The position numbers were made by a program, and so were the translations under genes. Below, in pieces: positions 18,546-28,954 of a DNA stretch of 39,751 nt. Where the stretch lies: contig CAZTWF010000085.1 of the NCBI GenBank assembly GCA_964617245.1, positions 1-39,751 on the forward strand, read 5' to 3'. Numbering within the stretch: the first letter of the stretch is position 1; the number at the start of each line of letters is the position of its first letter. Origin of the DNA: an uncultured Nitrososphaerota archaeon (lineage in GTDB: Archaea > Thermoproteota > Methanomethylicia > Methanomethylicales > Methanomethylicaceae). The notes under the pieces were generated by a model. It was not told where the DNA came from and searched no databases. It was given only the letters and a program-made list of their open reading frames with translations.

Positions 18546-19169
18546 TTAATGATTATAGTAAGATAATAGATTAGTAAATGTCTTCCAACTTTTTCTTATA
18601 ATATTGGGAATTTGATTTTTTCTAATAGAATTAATTATAAAATTTATAGTTTTCATATCAGAAGGATAGCCAGATCCAAAATCTCCATAATACTTCTTTA
18701 ATTCTGTTATAATTCTATCTCTTGTGACTTTTGCTAATATAGAGGCTGCTGCAACTGTAGGAAAAATATCTTCAGCATTATGAACTGAAATTATTTCTAT
18801 ATTTTTTATTTTTCTAGTAATTTTTTCAATAAAACTTTTAGCATTATTTTGTGGACTTCCTATTTGTACAATATTTGGCTTAAGTTTTTCTATAATATTG
18901 ATCATTGCTTCTACTTCTATATCATTTAAAGTTTCATACTTTCTTTTTCTATCAATAACTTCAGCATTAATAACTTCAATATGATATCCTTTTACATTTT
19001 CTATTATTCTATTGAATACTATTTCTCTTTTTCTTGGACTTAATTTTTTTGAATCTTTTATACTTATATTTAATAAAGTATTTACATCTTCAATTATAAT
19101 ACCTGCTATTACCATTGGACCTATAACAGAACCTCTTCCAGCTTCATCAATTCCTGCTATAATATTCAT
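18546..19169 (-). CDS. rnhB: Ribonuclease HII
   Basis: GIDEAGRGSVIGPMV, ASILAKVTRD and GSGYPSD. Confidence 0.9.
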   Translation of the reverse strand: MNIIAGIDEAGRGSVIGPMVIAGIIIEDVNTLLNISIKDSKKLSPRKREIVFNRIIENVKGYHIEVINAEVIDRKRKYETLNDIEVEAMINIIEKLKPNIVQIGSPQNNAKSFIEKITRKIKNIEIISVHNAEDIFPTVAAASILAKVTRDRIITELKKYYGDFGSGYPSDMKTINFIINSIRKNQIPNIIRKSWKTFTNLLSYYNH

Positions 19170-19206
19170 AAAAATAAATTATTAAATATATCTTATATAT
19201 TCTTAA

Positions 19207-19734
19207 ATGAAAAATATGAAAAAAGCATTTATAACAGGTCGTCCTGGAATAGGTAAATCTACTGTTTTAAGAGAAGTAGTTAATATACTTAAAAATAAAG
19301 GATGGAAAATTGGTGGAATAATTTGTCCTGAAGTACGTAGAAATGGAATAAGAATAGGTTTTAACATCATAGATATTCTCTCTAATACAAGTGGAATATT
19401 AGCATCTATAAATTTATATAATGGACCAAGAATTGGACGTTATTATGTTAATATTAATGATATTGAAAGAATTGCTATTCCTGCTATTAAAAAATCATTA
19501 GAAGAAGCAGATCTTACAGTAATAGATGAAATTGGTCCAATGGAATTATTATCTAAAAAATTCTATAATTTAATAATAGAGATTTTATCAATTGATAAAT
19601 CTATATTATGTGTAATTCATAAATCTTTAGTAAAAGAATTTTCTTTAAAATTTCCAAATATTCCTATTTTTGAAATAACAGAAGAAAATCGTTCATTTAT
19701 TGCAAATAAAATCTTGAATTATCTATTAAGGTGA
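19207..19734 (+). CDS. THEP1-family nucleoside triphosphatase
   Basis: P-loop TGRPGIGKST, Walker B VIDEIGPMEL, about 175 aa. Confidence 0.75.
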   Translation: MKNMKKAFITGRPGIGKSTVLREVVNILKNKGWKIGGIICPEVRRNGIRIGFNIIDILSNTSGILASINLYNGPRIGRYYVNINDIERIAIPAIKKSLEEADLTVIDEIGPMELLSKKFYNLIIEILSIDKSILCVIHKSLVKEFSLKFPNIPIFEITEENRSFIANKILNYLLR

Positions 19735-20918
19735 TGAAATTGAATCTTATACAAATAAAAGAAGGAAGGACTATTTTATTTGTACCAAATTTTAAAGAAT
19801 ATGAAGTAAAAGGAAGTTATGTTCCTTCTAAGGCTAAAGTCTTTTATAATCCAAAAATGGAATTTTGTAGAGATATAGGTGTATTATTTTTAAGAGAATT
19901 TTCAAAAATAACTAATCAAGATATTATTATTTGTGATCCTCTTGCAGGTGTTGGAAGTAGAGGAATAAGATATGCAAATGAAGTAAAAGGTATTAAAAAA
20001 AGTATAGTAAATGATATAAATAAAAATGCTATTCCAATTATAATTCAAAATATAAAAATTAATAATTTAGAAGATATTGTTGAAGTAGAATGTAAAGATG
20101 CTAATTTACTTTTAATAGAGTATGCAAAAAAAGAATCAAGATTTAATTTTATAGATATTGATCCATTTGGTACTCCAATTCCTTTTATTACTTCTGCTAT
20201 TAAAGCCATAAAAAATCATGGAGTTATAGCAATTACTGCTACTGATGCTCCATCACTTTGTGGTATTTATCCAAAAACTTGTTTAAGAAAATATGGTGTT
20301 CTAAATATTAAAACTGATTTTTGTCATGAAGTAGGATTAAGAATATTACTTAGTAGCTTAGTATTTTCAGCTATCAAAGAAAATTTTGGTATTGAAGTAT
20401 TATTATCATATAGTATAGATTATTATTTTAGAGCTTATGTACAATTTCATCTTGGTTCAAAAAAAGCAGATAAATCAATTTCTATGTTAGGTTATATTTC
20501 ATATTGTAAAAATTGTTTATGGAGAGAAGTATTTTCTTTTTATGATAAACTTAAATATACATGTCCATTTTGTTCAAAAGATACTCATATAATAGGTCCA
20601 ATTTGGTGTGGTCCTATAATTAAAAGAGAATTAGTAATATCATTAAAAAAAGAAGACCTTTCTGATTTCAATAATAAGAAAAGAATTGAAAAGTTATTAG
20701 GTTTATTACTTGAGGAATATGATATGCCCATCTCTTATTATTTACTAGATGATATTGCTAGTAGATTAAAAGTTTCAACTCCTTCAATTCAAATAGTAAT
20801 TGAAAAATTAAAAGAATTAGGTTATAAAGCATCAAGAACTCATTTTAATACAAAAGGTATAAAAAGTGATGCTCCATATCATGTTATTCTTGATATAATT
20901 AAAAAACTTGGAAAATAG
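19734..20918 (+). CDS. trm1: tRNA (guanine26-N2)-dimethyltransferase Trm1
   Basis: FYNPKMEFCRD, DPLAGVGSRGIRYA, IDIDPFGTP and a C-terminal Cys cluster CKNC...CPFC. The start is uncertain among GTG 19731, ATG 19734 and TTG 19740. Confidence 0.85.
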   Translation: MKLNLIQIKEGRTILFVPNFKEYEVKGSYVPSKAKVFYNPKMEFCRDIGVLFLREFSKITNQDIIICDPLAGVGSRGIRYANEVKGIKKSIVNDINKNAIPIIIQNIKINNLEDIVEVECKDANLLLIEYAKKESRFNFIDIDPFGTPIPFITSAIKAIKNHGVIAITATDAPSLCGIYPKTCLRKYGVLNIKTDFCHEVGLRILLSSLVFSAIKENFGIEVLLSYSIDYYFRAYVQFHLGSKKADKSISMLGYISYCKNCLWREVFSFYDKLKYTCPFCSKDTHIIGPIWCGPIIKRELVISLKKEDLSDFNNKKRIEKLLGLLLEEYDMPISYYLLDDIASRLKVSTPSIQIVIEKLKELGYKASRTHFNTKGIKSDAPYHVILDIIKKLGK

Positions 20919-20965
20919 CAAAAAATTTTTATTTTAACTTTTATTAAATCAAACTGTGAATAATT

Positions 20966-21127
20966 ATGCCATCACATGGTTCTCTTACTAAAGCAGGAAA
21001 AGTCAGATCTCAAACACCAAAAATACCTGCTAAAGAGAGAAAAGGATTAAGACCAATACATAGAAATAAGAAGAATTATATTAAAAGAATTTTGTATGCA
21101 AAAACAGAATCCTCAATAAATCAATAG
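20966..21127 (+). CDS. rps30e: 30S ribosomal protein S30e (not in the supplied ORF track)
   Basis: Hand translation gives [53 protein letters not shown] (53 aa). [14 protein letters not shown] is the S30e signature. Confidence 0.8.
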   Translation: MPSHGSLTKAGKVRSQTPKIPAKERKGLRPIHRNKKNYIKRILYAKTESSINQ

Positions 21128-21198
21128 TTAAGTTTATATACTACTAATATTTTTGGCAGAAATAGAACATCCTAAAATAGGAGGATCTTGAAACAAAA

Positions 21199-21564
21199 GT
21201 GGTAAATACATCTCAAGTAGTTGGAAAGCACATATATGGCAATTTATATGAGTGTAATCCAGCACTTCTTGATGACGAAAATTTCATTAAAAATATTGTC
21301 ATTGATGCTGCAAAAATTGCAAAGATGAACATTTGGGACATAAAAATATGGAGATTTGGTGGAGAAAAAGGCGGTCTTTCAATAATTGCTCTTGTTTTAG
21401 AAAGTCATATAGCAATTCATACTTGGAAAGAATTTAACTATGCAACAGTAGATATTTTTACATGTGGAGAAAAAAGTGATCCTGAATTAGCTTTTAATTA
21501 TATAGTTTCAAAGATGAATCCAAAGCGTATTACTAAGGGCTTCATTGATCGTTCTAATTTTTAA
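21199..21564 (+). CDS. speH: Pyruvoyl-dependent S-adenosylmethionine decarboxylase proenzyme
   Basis: GKHIYGNLYEC, the self-cleavage site LESHIAIHTWKE (E|S), and DIFTCG. GTG is the only plausible in-frame start. Confidence 0.85.
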   Translation: MVNTSQVVGKHIYGNLYECNPALLDDENFIKNIVIDAAKIAKMNIWDIKIWRFGGEKGGLSIIALVLESHIAIHTWKEFNYATVDIFTCGEKSDPELAFNYIVSKMNPKRITKGFIDRSNF

Positions 21565-21576
21565 TTTTTTTATTTT

Positions 21577-23010
21577 TTAATATGATCTTGCTATTCTTAT
21601 CCAATTAATTGCAGGAAGACTACAATTAGCACATAAACCAGATGGTTTTTCATTTAATTCATAAGGTATACCAAGTATTCTTGCATCTATTTTATTCTCA
21701 ATATCCTGACCACATATATCTCTACCACACCATGGAATTTCAATAATTCCTCCTCTTTCACTTAATAAATCTTTTACTTTATTAAGATCATATTCTCTTG
21801 ATATATGTTTATTAAACCAATTTCTTGCTCTTTCTTTTAAGCTTATATCAATTTCTTCCAATAATTTCCTTATTTCTTCATTGATTAAATCTCTATTTAT
21901 TGTGATTTTTTGTAAAGTATCTCTTCTTACTAAAACTATTGTTTTCTTTTCAACATCTTTTGGTCCTATTTCTACTCTTATAGGTACTCCTCTTAATTCC
22001 CATTTAAAATATTTACTTCCAGGAGTTTCTTCTTTTTCATCATCTAAATATACTCTTAAGTTAGCTTTTTCTAAAATTTCTTTAATTTCTTTACAAATAT
22101 TTAATGCATCTTCTTTACCTTTATAAATTATTGGTATTATAACTACTTGAAAAGGTGCAATTATACTTGGTAATATAAGTCCATGATCATCTCCATGTAT
22201 TGATATTAATGCTGCAATAACTCTTTCAGAAATACCATAACAAGTTTGCCATACATAATCATAATTTCCATCAATATTCATATATTTTATATCAAATGCT
22301 TTTGCAAAATTCTGTCCAAGGAAATGAATAGTTCCAATTTGTAATACTTTTCCATCTGGCATTATTGTATCAAATGCTATAGAGTATTCTGCTCCAGGAA
22401 ATTTATCCCAAGAAGGTCTTATGGATATTACATAGGGAATTCCTAATTTTTCAAAAAATATCTTATAAATCTCTATACCTTCTTTTATTTGTTTTTCTGC
22501 TTCTTCTTTTGTAGCATGAGCTGTATGTGCTTCTTTAAATGTTGAAATCTCTCTTACTCTTATCATTGGTTTTGTTGCTTTTGTCTCATATCTAAATACA
22601 TTAACAATTTGAAAGATTTTTAATGGAAGATCAGAATAACTTTTTATCCATAATTGAAACATTGGATAAATTGAAGTTTCACTAGTAGGTCTAAGAGCAA
22701 GCTTAACATCAAGTAAAGAAGCACCACCATAAGTTATCCAAAATACTTGATCTTCAAAACTTCTTATATGCTCTCCTTCTTTTCTTATCATATATTCTGG
22801 TATAAGTGTTGGAAATAATACTTCCTCATGTCCTCTTTTTATTAATTCTTCTCTTATAATTTCAATTGTTTTTTGTCTAATTTTAAATCCATATGGCATC
22901 CAAATACCAGTTCCTTTTACAGGATATCTAGTATCATAAATTGGAATTTCAAAAATTACTCTATGAAACCATTCACTAAAATTTTTTGACCATTGATCTC
23001 TTTCAGGCAT
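21577..23010 (-). CDS. proS: Proline--tRNA ligase (archaeal/eukaryotic type)
   Basis: Class II motifs are present ([17 protein letters not shown] and GISERVI) together with a C-terminal zinc domain ending in Y. Length is 477 aa. Confidence 0.95.
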   Translation of the reverse strand: MPERDQWSKNFSEWFHRVIFEIPIYDTRYPVKGTGIWMPYGFKIRQKTIEIIREELIKRGHEEVLFPTLIPEYMIRKEGEHIRSFEDQVFWITYGGASLLDVKLALRPTSETSIYPMFQLWIKSYSDLPLKIFQIVNVFRYETKATKPMIRVREISTFKEAHTAHATKEEAEKQIKEGIEIYKIFFEKLGIPYVISIRPSWDKFPGAEYSIAFDTIMPDGKVLQIGTIHFLGQNFAKAFDIKYMNIDGNYDYVWQTCYGISERVIAALISIHGDDHGLILPSIIAPFQVVIIPIIYKGKEDALNICKEIKEILEKANLRVYLDDEKEETPGSKYFKWELRGVPIRVEIGPKDVEKKTIVLVRRDTLQKITINRDLINEEIRKLLEEIDISLKERARNWFNKHISREYDLNKVKDLLSERGGIIEIPWCGRDICGQDIENKIDARILGIPYELNEKPSGLCANCSLPAINWIRIARSY

Positions 23011-23022
23011 TTTTAATCCTCC

Positions 23023-24249
23023 TTATTTAATATAATCTTCTAGACTTCTTCTTCTAATTAAAAAATTTACTTTAATTTCTCCATATTTTCCATCATATCC
23101 TGGAATAATCTTCATATCATTTCTTCTATTCATCATAATTAATTCTGTTAACTCTTTTCCACAAACTTTTTTTAAATTTTCTTCAGGTTCTTCTAAAAGT
23201 ACTTTCAATTCATTACCAAGTTCATTAACTATTTCCCAATATTTTTTTTGTACTTCATTTGAAAAACTTTCTTTATTAAGTGCAACAGCAATTAAGTCTA
23301 TAAGAGGAAGAATTCTCAAAAAATTTTGTTTATCTTTAGGTCCTTCTCCTTCTTCTCTATCTGCTAATTCTTCAACTCTTTCTGCAACACCTTTTGTCAT
23401 TTTCTTTCCACATATTGGACAAATTCCTTTAAGTTTTTTTGCTTCTTTTGGTGGAAATGAAATACCACATTTTCTATGACCACTCCAATGATATTTTCCA
23501 TATGCTGGATCAACTTCTATAGTTTCAACTTTATATTTATTAAACATTATTGTCTTAATAATTTCATTATAGCTCAATTCTTTTACTTCTATTATATTTG
23601 CTTCTCTTCCAATTTTTAATAAACTATGACTATCACTATTTGATACTAATGTATATGAATCTAAAGCACTTACTCTCCAATTCATTGGAGGGTCTGATGA
23701 AAGTCCTGTCTCTATTGCACAAATATGAGGTGTTTGATCTTCATAACATTCTTCAATACTATCAACTCCTCCTTTATCTCCAAAAAGAGAAAACCAAGGA
23801 GTCCATATATGAGCAGGAATTACCATACAATTTTCTCCAAATTCCATTACTTCTTCTACTAATTGTGCTCCAGTCATTGATAAATTTGGTCTTCCATCAG
23901 ATTTAAGATCACCATAAATTGATAATCTATTTGAAAGCTCTTCAGCTATTTCAATAGAAGGTAATATAATTAAATGATGAATTCTTCTAGTTTTTCCCTT
24001 ATATTTAAAAGTTGTACAAACTTCTCCACTAATTATAAATCTTGTTTTTCCTTTTTCTAATCTATAAAGTCCATTTTCTTCAATAAGTTTCTTCATTTCT
24101 TCTCTCCATTTTGGATGTGTAAAATCTCCTGTTCCTATAACATCTATTCCTTTTATTGAAGCTATACGATCTATATTCTCAAATTTCATATCTTCACTAC
24201 TTGCTCTACTATAACAACTATGTATATGTAAATCAACTACTATTCTCAT
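23023..24249 (-). CDS. PHP-domain endonuclease Q (EndoQ-like, cleaves 5' of deaminated bases)
   Basis: DLHIHSCYSRASS, GTGDFTHP, RIHHLIILPS, SDGRPNL, SNSDSHS, DPAYGKYHWSGHRKC, the zinc finger CPICGKKMTKGV, and PGYDGKYGEI. The start is taken at MRIVVDLHIHS. Confidence 0.7.
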   Translation of the reverse strand: MRIVVDLHIHSCYSRASSEDMKFENIDRIASIKGIDVIGTGDFTHPKWREEMKKLIEENGLYRLEKGKTRFIISGEVCTTFKYKGKTRRIHHLIILPSIEIAEELSNRLSIYGDLKSDGRPNLSMTGAQLVEEVMEFGENCMVIPAHIWTPWFSLFGDKGGVDSIEECYEDQTPHICAIETGLSSDPPMNWRVSALDSYTLVSNSDSHSLLKIGREANIIEVKELSYNEIIKTIMFNKYKVETIEVDPAYGKYHWSGHRKCGISFPPKEAKKLKGICPICGKKMTKGVAERVEELADREEGEGPKDKQNFLRILPLIDLIAVALNKESFSNEVQKKYWEIVNELGNELKVLLEEPEENLKKVCGKELTELIMMNRRNDMKIIPGYDGKYGEIKVNFLIRRRSLEDYIK

Positions 24250-24275
24250 ATATTCAAAAATTATTAATACTACCT

Positions 24276-24289
24276 GAATATATAAATTA
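24276..24289 (+). promoter_or_regulatory. TATA-like box (GAATATATAAATTA) about 25-28 nt upstream of ATG 24311, suggesting a leaderless first gene for the respiratory block
   Basis: An AT-rich TATA-like element sits in the 61-nt divergent spacer, and no Shine-Dalgarno sequence precedes ATG 24311. Confidence 0.3.
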
Positions 24290-24310
24290 GTAATTATGAG
24301 CTGAGCGGCC

Positions 24311-24595
24311 ATGGCTCCTCCACTATTTGCACGATTTTACATTAATGGTCAAATACTTTATGAAAAAGTAAAAGAAATTGCAAAAAATCAAAATTATGAA
24401 ATTATTTATGAAGATCCAGTAAATAAGATTCTTCATATTCATAAAAGAGTTTATGGCAGAACAATTCATTTAATTATTCATATTGGTGATGGAAAAGATA
24501 GAAGTTTAGCTATAGATGTAAAACCTGGTTATGAGGGATTTTCTATGGATTATGGAAGGAGATTTCTTGAAGAAATTAAAAAAGTAGCTAGGTGA
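24311..24595 (+). CDS. Hypothetical soluble protein, first gene of the hydrogenase block
   Basis: 94 aa with no TM helices and no motif that I recognise. AGGTGA lies just before the next gene. Confidence 0.45.
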   Translation: MAPPLFARFYINGQILYEKVKEIAKNQNYEIIYEDPVNKILHIHKRVYGRTIHLIIHIGDGKDRSLAIDVKPGYEGFSMDYGRRFLEEIKKVAR

Positions 24596-24599
24596 TATT

Positions 24600-24905
24600 A
24601 TGAGTCTTTTCTGGGGTATTCGTTTTTGGTTAAGATTAATAAGAGAAATTTTAGCTTCTATTATAGATGTAAGTAAAAGATGTTTAAATGGTAATATTGA
24701 TCCAGTAATTTCACCAATAGATTCAATATTAGCTAAACCAATTTCTCAAACAATGTTGGCTAATAGTATAACATATACACCTGGTACTGTTACTATAGAT
24801 GTAAATGTACCAGAAAAACGTCTATATGTAGGTGTTATTAATCCAAGAAAAAGAGAAGAAATAATACCATTAGAACCACATATAGAGAGGTGGCTTGAAA
24901 AATGA
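24600..24905 (+). CDS. MrpE/MnhE-like antiporter subunit (MbhA-like), short form
   Basis: LANSITYTPGTVTIDV...LYVGV matches the MnhE ITLTPGT core. At 101 aa it lacks the usual N-terminal TM pair. Confidence 0.6.
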   Translation: MSLFWGIRFWLRLIREILASIIDVSKRCLNGNIDPVISPIDSILAKPISQTMLANSITYTPGTVTIDVNVPEKRLYVGVINPRKREEIIPLEPHIERWLEK

Positions 24906-25204
24906 TTGATGCATTAATATTAGAAGAGATTGCAGATTTAACTTTCTTTTTTGGAGCATTTATATTTATGATAGCAACAGCTTTTGCTGGATTAGGTGCC
25001 TTAAGACTTGCTCTTAAAGGTGAAGCTGTTACATCACTTATGGGAGTAAGTGCTTTAACTACAGCTGCTGGAGTGAGTTTATACATAATACAAATTATAT
25101 TTGAAGTAGAATTTGCTAGAGATACAGCAATAGCTTTACTAATTCTTGGATCAGTAGGTACTATAATATTTGCAAGATTATTTAGAATGGAGGAGGGAGA
25201 ATGA
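24902..25204 (+). CDS. MrpF/MnhF-like membrane subunit (MbhB-like)
   Basis: About 100 aa with 3 TM helices. ARDTAIALLILGSVGTIIFARL resembles the MnhF C-terminal helix. ATGA overlaps occur at both ends. Confidence 0.5.
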   Translation: MIDALILEEIADLTFFFGAFIFMIATAFAGLGALRLALKGEAVTSLMGVSALTTAAGVSLYIIQIIFEVEFARDTAIALLILGSVGTIIFARLFRMEEGE

Positions 25205-25680
25205 TATCTGAACTTTTTGTATTAATATATGCAATTATTATAATTGGATTTGTAGCATGGAATATAAAAAAGGGATCATTTGTTATAGAACCTAGTAAAC
25301 TAATAATTATTATTATAATATTATCGATAATTACTACATTTATCTTAAGTTATAAGATTGATATTTATATTACTATTCGTTCTATTGCAAAAATTTTAGC
25401 TGGTGGAATAATGTTTGCAGGTGTTTTACCTATGATTTCTGCAGGAATTGGTTTATTTAGATTTGGTGATGAATATGGTCCAAATATCTTCTATGTTAGA
25501 AATCATATTACTGGTGTTATTGATACTACTGCTTCTCTTGTTATGATTTTTGCTGGTTTATTGATATTTAGATTAGATTTAGTTGCTGTAGGATTTTTCT
25601 TCTTTATATTAATACCATTTGTTGGTAATGCTTTAGCTAATGCTTATTATTATTCATATCAAAGGAGGTTAAGAGAATGA
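25201..25680 (+). CDS. MrpG/MnhG-like membrane subunit (MbhC-like) with an N-terminal extension
   Basis: GIGLFRFGDEYGPNIFYVRNHITGVIDT resembles the MnhG GllRlPD..tRlHa motif. At 159 aa it is longer than the usual roughly 110 aa. Confidence 0.55.
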   Translation: MISELFVLIYAIIIIGFVAWNIKKGSFVIEPSKLIIIIIILSIITTFILSYKIDIYITIRSIAKILAGGIMFAGVLPMISAGIGLFRFGDEYGPNIFYVRNHITGVIDTTASLVMIFAGLLIFRLDLVAVGFFFFILIPFVGNALANAYYYSYQRRLRE

Positions 25681-25940
25681 TAGAATTATCTTCAAGTTTT
25701 ATAATAACTGCATATATTATGTTAATTGCAATAACTATTGGTGCTATTGCTGCTTTACTTCAAAAAGATCTATTAAGAGCTGCTTTTATCTCTGGAGCAG
25801 AAAGTATTGCTCTTGCTTTCTTCTTCCAAGCCTTACTTGCACCAGATCTAGGATTAACACAAGCAATTGTTGGCACAGTTCTTTTACCAGGAATTATAAT
25901 TCTTGGTGTATTTAAAACAAGGAGGACTGAGGAGGATTGA
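25677..25940 (+). CDS. MbhD-like small membrane subunit (DUF4040, MrpA C-terminal fragment homologue)
   Basis: AESIALAFFFQALLAPDLGLTQAIVGT matches the APDVALTEAAVG-type motif. Length is 87 aa. Confidence 0.6.
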   Translation: MIELSSSFIITAYIMLIAITIGAIAALLQKDLLRAAFISGAESIALAFFFQALLAPDLGLTQAIVGTVLLPGIIILGVFKTRRTEED

Positions 25941-26311
25941 CTGAAATTACCATACAGTTACTAGGATTTATTGCAGCAACAGTACTTATTGTAGTAGGCA
26001 TGGGAGGAATGTTATTTTTAGATAATTTGATTAAAAAAGTAATTGCATTTACATTACTTTCAGATGGTGTTAATTTATTACTTGTTGCACTTGCATATAT
26101 AGAAGGAGGAATTGTTCCAATTTTATTACCTGGCATGTCTATATCTGAATTTACTTCAAGAGCAGCTTTAGTATTTCCTGCAGGAATAGTTTTAACTAAT
26201 ATAGTAATAGGTGTAAGTACTACAGCTATACTTGTAGCCTTAGTTATAATGCTTTATAGAAGATATGGAACTTTAAAAGCTTCTGTTATTTTAAAAGGTG
26301 AAAGAAGATGA
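25937..26311 (+). CDS. MrpC/NuoK-like membrane subunit (MbhG-like)
   Basis: LIKKVIAFTLLSDGVNLLLVA resembles the NuoK/MnhC pattern. 124 aa with 3 TM helices and a TTG start preceded by GGAGG. Confidence 0.65.
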   Translation: MTEITIQLLGFIAATVLIVVGMGGMLFLDNLIKKVIAFTLLSDGVNLLLVALAYIEGGIVPILLPGMSISEFTSRAALVFPAGIVLTNIVIGVSTTAILVALVIMLYRRYGTLKASVILKGERR

Positions 26312-27804
26312 TGGAAAGTATTTCAAATCTTTGGTCAATTCCATTATTAGTTATAATTCCTATGTTAACAGCTATAATAGTGAATTTCCTTTATGATAAA
26401 GCTATAAAACCTATCTCTATTTGTTCTGCTATAATAATATTAATAATTTCTATAATTTCACCTTATGGTTATCATTGGTTTACTGGACATCCTGCTTTTA
26501 ATCCAGATACTTTATTATTTACATTTAATCCTAATATTTTTGGTTATAGACTTTCATTAGAATTTATTTTTGGTCCTTTACAACATATAATGATTGTTAT
26601 ATCATCTTTAATATTACTCTTTTGTGTTACATTATCAACAATAGGATTAACAAAACGTCAAGGTCCATATATGGCTTTATTATATCTTCTCTTCATGTCT
26701 TCTGTTATAGTAATAATGGTAAATGATCTTTATCATTTATGGATTGTTGTAGAAATAGGTAGTCTCATAGTAGTTGGTGTAGCTGCAGCTTCTGGTACAA
26801 GTATTAGTCATAAAGCTGCTTTAAAATATGCTTTCTTTTCTGCTATAAGTGGAGCTGGATTAGCTGTTTCATTAGCATTAATACTTGGATTAACAGGATT
26901 TGCAAATATTTCAGATGCTATAATATATTTAAGACAATTTGGTATTGGAGATATGGCTACTGTTTTATATATAGCCTTTGGATTTTTTGTACTTTCTTGG
27001 ATGTATGCAGGAGGTTTGGCTCCTATTCATCCACTAAAATCTGAAGTTTATGGAGCTTCATATCCTCATGCTACTGTATTATTACAAGTTCAATCAAAAC
27101 TTATGCTTGTAGCCATAGGTATTATAATGCTTCGTTTATTTAGTATGCTTCCTTTTGTAAAAGAAGTTATGATATTCCTCAGTGTTATAACAATGATGAT
27201 TGGTGTAATAATGGCTTTAATACAAGTAGATTTTAGATGGATTATTGCTTATTTAATAATAAGTCATAGTGGTCTTGTAACTTTGGGTATAGGACTTGGT
27301 ACTCAAGAAGGATTAGTTGGAGGAATATTTCAAGCAGTAAATGATATAATATATATGACTATATTATTACTTTGTTGTGAAGCATTATTTTATTTTGGAG
27401 GAAAAACTTCAACAAAAGAAGCTTATGGCATTGCAAAGAAATCACCTTTTATTACTACAGCAGTAATATTAGGTGCTATTGCAGCTGCAGGTATACCACC
27501 ATTTAATGGTTTTCAAAGTGAAATAATATTAATTCAAGCATGTTTAAAAGAAGGTCTTCCAGAAATTGCTGTTTTAATACTTATGGTATCAGTAACTACA
27601 TTTATTGCCTTATTAAGAGGAATCTATAGAATATTCTTAAAACCACCTGAATTACAAGATCAAGATGATTCTAATGTTGATTTACCAAAAGTTCTTATTA
27701 TTGGTATTATTATATTTATTATTCTCTCAATTATAATAGGTATTTATCCTGATATTGTTTTAAGATTTATTATTCCAGTAGTAAAGGAGGTTCTTTTAAT
27801 ATGA
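26308..27804 (+). CDS. MrpD/NuoL-M-N-like antiporter subunit (MbhH-like)
   Basis: 498 aa with about 14 TM helices. LWIVVEIGSL, APIHPLKSEVYGASYPHATVLL and IAYLIISHSG are typical of the complex I antiporter-like family. Confidence 0.85.
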   Translation: MMESISNLWSIPLLVIIPMLTAIIVNFLYDKAIKPISICSAIIILIISIISPYGYHWFTGHPAFNPDTLLFTFNPNIFGYRLSLEFIFGPLQHIMIVISSLILLFCVTLSTIGLTKRQGPYMALLYLLFMSSVIVIMVNDLYHLWIVVEIGSLIVVGVAAASGTSISHKAALKYAFFSAISGAGLAVSLALILGLTGFANISDAIIYLRQFGIGDMATVLYIAFGFFVLSWMYAGGLAPIHPLKSEVYGASYPHATVLLQVQSKLMLVAIGIIMLRLFSMLPFVKEVMIFLSVITMMIGVIMALIQVDFRWIIAYLIISHSGLVTLGIGLGTQEGLVGGIFQAVNDIIYMTILLLCCEALFYFGGKTSTKEAYGIAKKSPFITTAVILGAIAAAGIPPFNGFQSEIILIQACLKEGLPEIAVLILMVSVTTFIALLRGIYRIFLKPPELQDQDDSNVDLPKVLIIGIIIFIILSIIIGIYPDIVLRFIIPVVKEVLLI

Positions 27805-28127
27805 CTTCAACTGAGACTATTTATGAAAGATTAAAAAAATGGTTGGATAAGTTTGTAATTGGAAGTGGATATACTAGTATAACAACTGGATATATAACAG
27901 GAGAATTACAATTTTTAGTTTTCATAATAGTATTATCAGTATTCTTTAGAATATTTTCAATTCCATTAGCAATTATAATGCTTATTTTTATTACAACTTT
28001 TGCATTATATTTTGCACCAGTAATAAAAGATGTAGAAAAAGAAAATATGAATGATTTAAATAGAGTACTATTTTGGATGGTTATTTATTTTGCAATTATA
28101 ATTGCTATAACCTTATGGGGTGGATAA
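27801..28127 (+). CDS. Small integral membrane protein (position equivalent to MbhE; unassigned)
   Basis: 108 aa with about 3 TM helices, translationally coupled by ATGA overlap. Confidence 0.4.
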   Translation: MTSTETIYERLKKWLDKFVIGSGYTSITTGYITGELQFLVFIIVLSVFFRIFSIPLAIIMLIFITTFALYFAPVIKDVEKENMNDLNRVLFWMVIYFAIIIAITLWGG

Positions 28128-28128
28128 T

Positions 28129-28953
28129 ATGGAAGAACTAAAAGGAAAAAGAGGAATAATTGCTGTAATAGCATTATTAATAATAACTATAGGACTTCTT
28201 TCTTCACTTGAAAAATTAACAGGAAGAGTTAATCCTGGCATTAGTATGATATATAATTCTTTAGCATATCTAATAGCTCCAAATAATTTAGCTACATGGG
28301 TTTATGATTGGCGTGGTTTTGATACATTACTTGAAACTGCAGTAATATATGTTGGTGGATTAGTTTCTGCTCTTGCTATAGGAAGAGGAGTAGTACAAAT
28401 GAAAAAATGTAAACAAGAATCACCAGTTACTTCTAGACCTTTGGAATTTAGAATAGAATCTCTTACAGTAATATTAAAATTTCTTGGAATTCCTGCATCA
28501 ATTCTCGTACTTTCATATGGTATAATGATAGTAACAGGTTCTTCTACTTGTGGTGGTGGAGGATTCCAATGTGGTGTAATAATGACATCTGCATACTTAT
28601 TAGCTGCAATATTCTATGGAAGAGATAATCCAATAAAATTTGGAAAGAGATTCATAGTAGGAATTGGTGCAATTGGACTTGGAGGTTATACATTATTGGG
28701 CCTTCCTGGTTATTTAGCAACAGGATATTGGCAATATAATATTGGTACAGATGTATGGAATATAGCTCCTAGTATACTACATACAATATTTGGAGATCCG
28801 TTTAGATTATCTTTAATTTTAAAAGAAGGAGTATTTTATTCATCTCCTGGTATAATTCCATTAATAAATATTGCTGAAGCTTTTAATGTAATTGGTGCTA
28901 TTGGTTTAATTTATTTTGCATTTCTTTATGGTTGGTCTGATGAAGGTGAGTAA
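28129..28953 (+). CDS. MnhB/MrpB-domain membrane subunit (MbhF-like) with an extra C-terminal membrane domain
   Basis: WRGFDTLLETAVIYVGG is the MnhB-domain signature. At about 275 aa it is roughly twice the usual length, and it includes a CGGGGFQC segment. Confidence 0.6.
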   Translation: MEELKGKRGIIAVIALLIITIGLLSSLEKLTGRVNPGISMIYNSLAYLIAPNNLATWVYDWRGFDTLLETAVIYVGGLVSALAIGRGVVQMKKCKQESPVTSRPLEFRIESLTVILKFLGIPASILVLSYGIMIVTGSSTCGGGGFQCGVIMTSAYLLAAIFYGRDNPIKFGKRFIVGIGAIGLGGYTLLGLPGYLATGYWQYNIGTDVWNIAPSILHTIFGDPFRLSLILKEGVFYSSPGIIPLINIAEAFNVIGAIGLIYFAFLYGWSDEGE

Positions 28954-28954
28954 A

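Noticed and set aside
24250-24312. N-terminal 21-codon extension of the EndoQ-like ORF (MAAQLIITNLYIQVVLIIFEY)
   Set aside because: The conserved PHP N-terminus starts at MRIVVDLHIHS. The extension would cover the divergent promoter spacer and overlap the ATG at 24311.
24296-24335. Short GC-rich patch (GAGCTGAGCGGCCATGGCTCCTCCACTATTTGCACG) considered as a small RNA gene
   Set aside because: It is too short for a tRNA or another known structured RNA. I could not build a cloverleaf or find C/D boxes, and it coincides with the start of a plausible ORF. It is noted only under the ORF 24311 finding.
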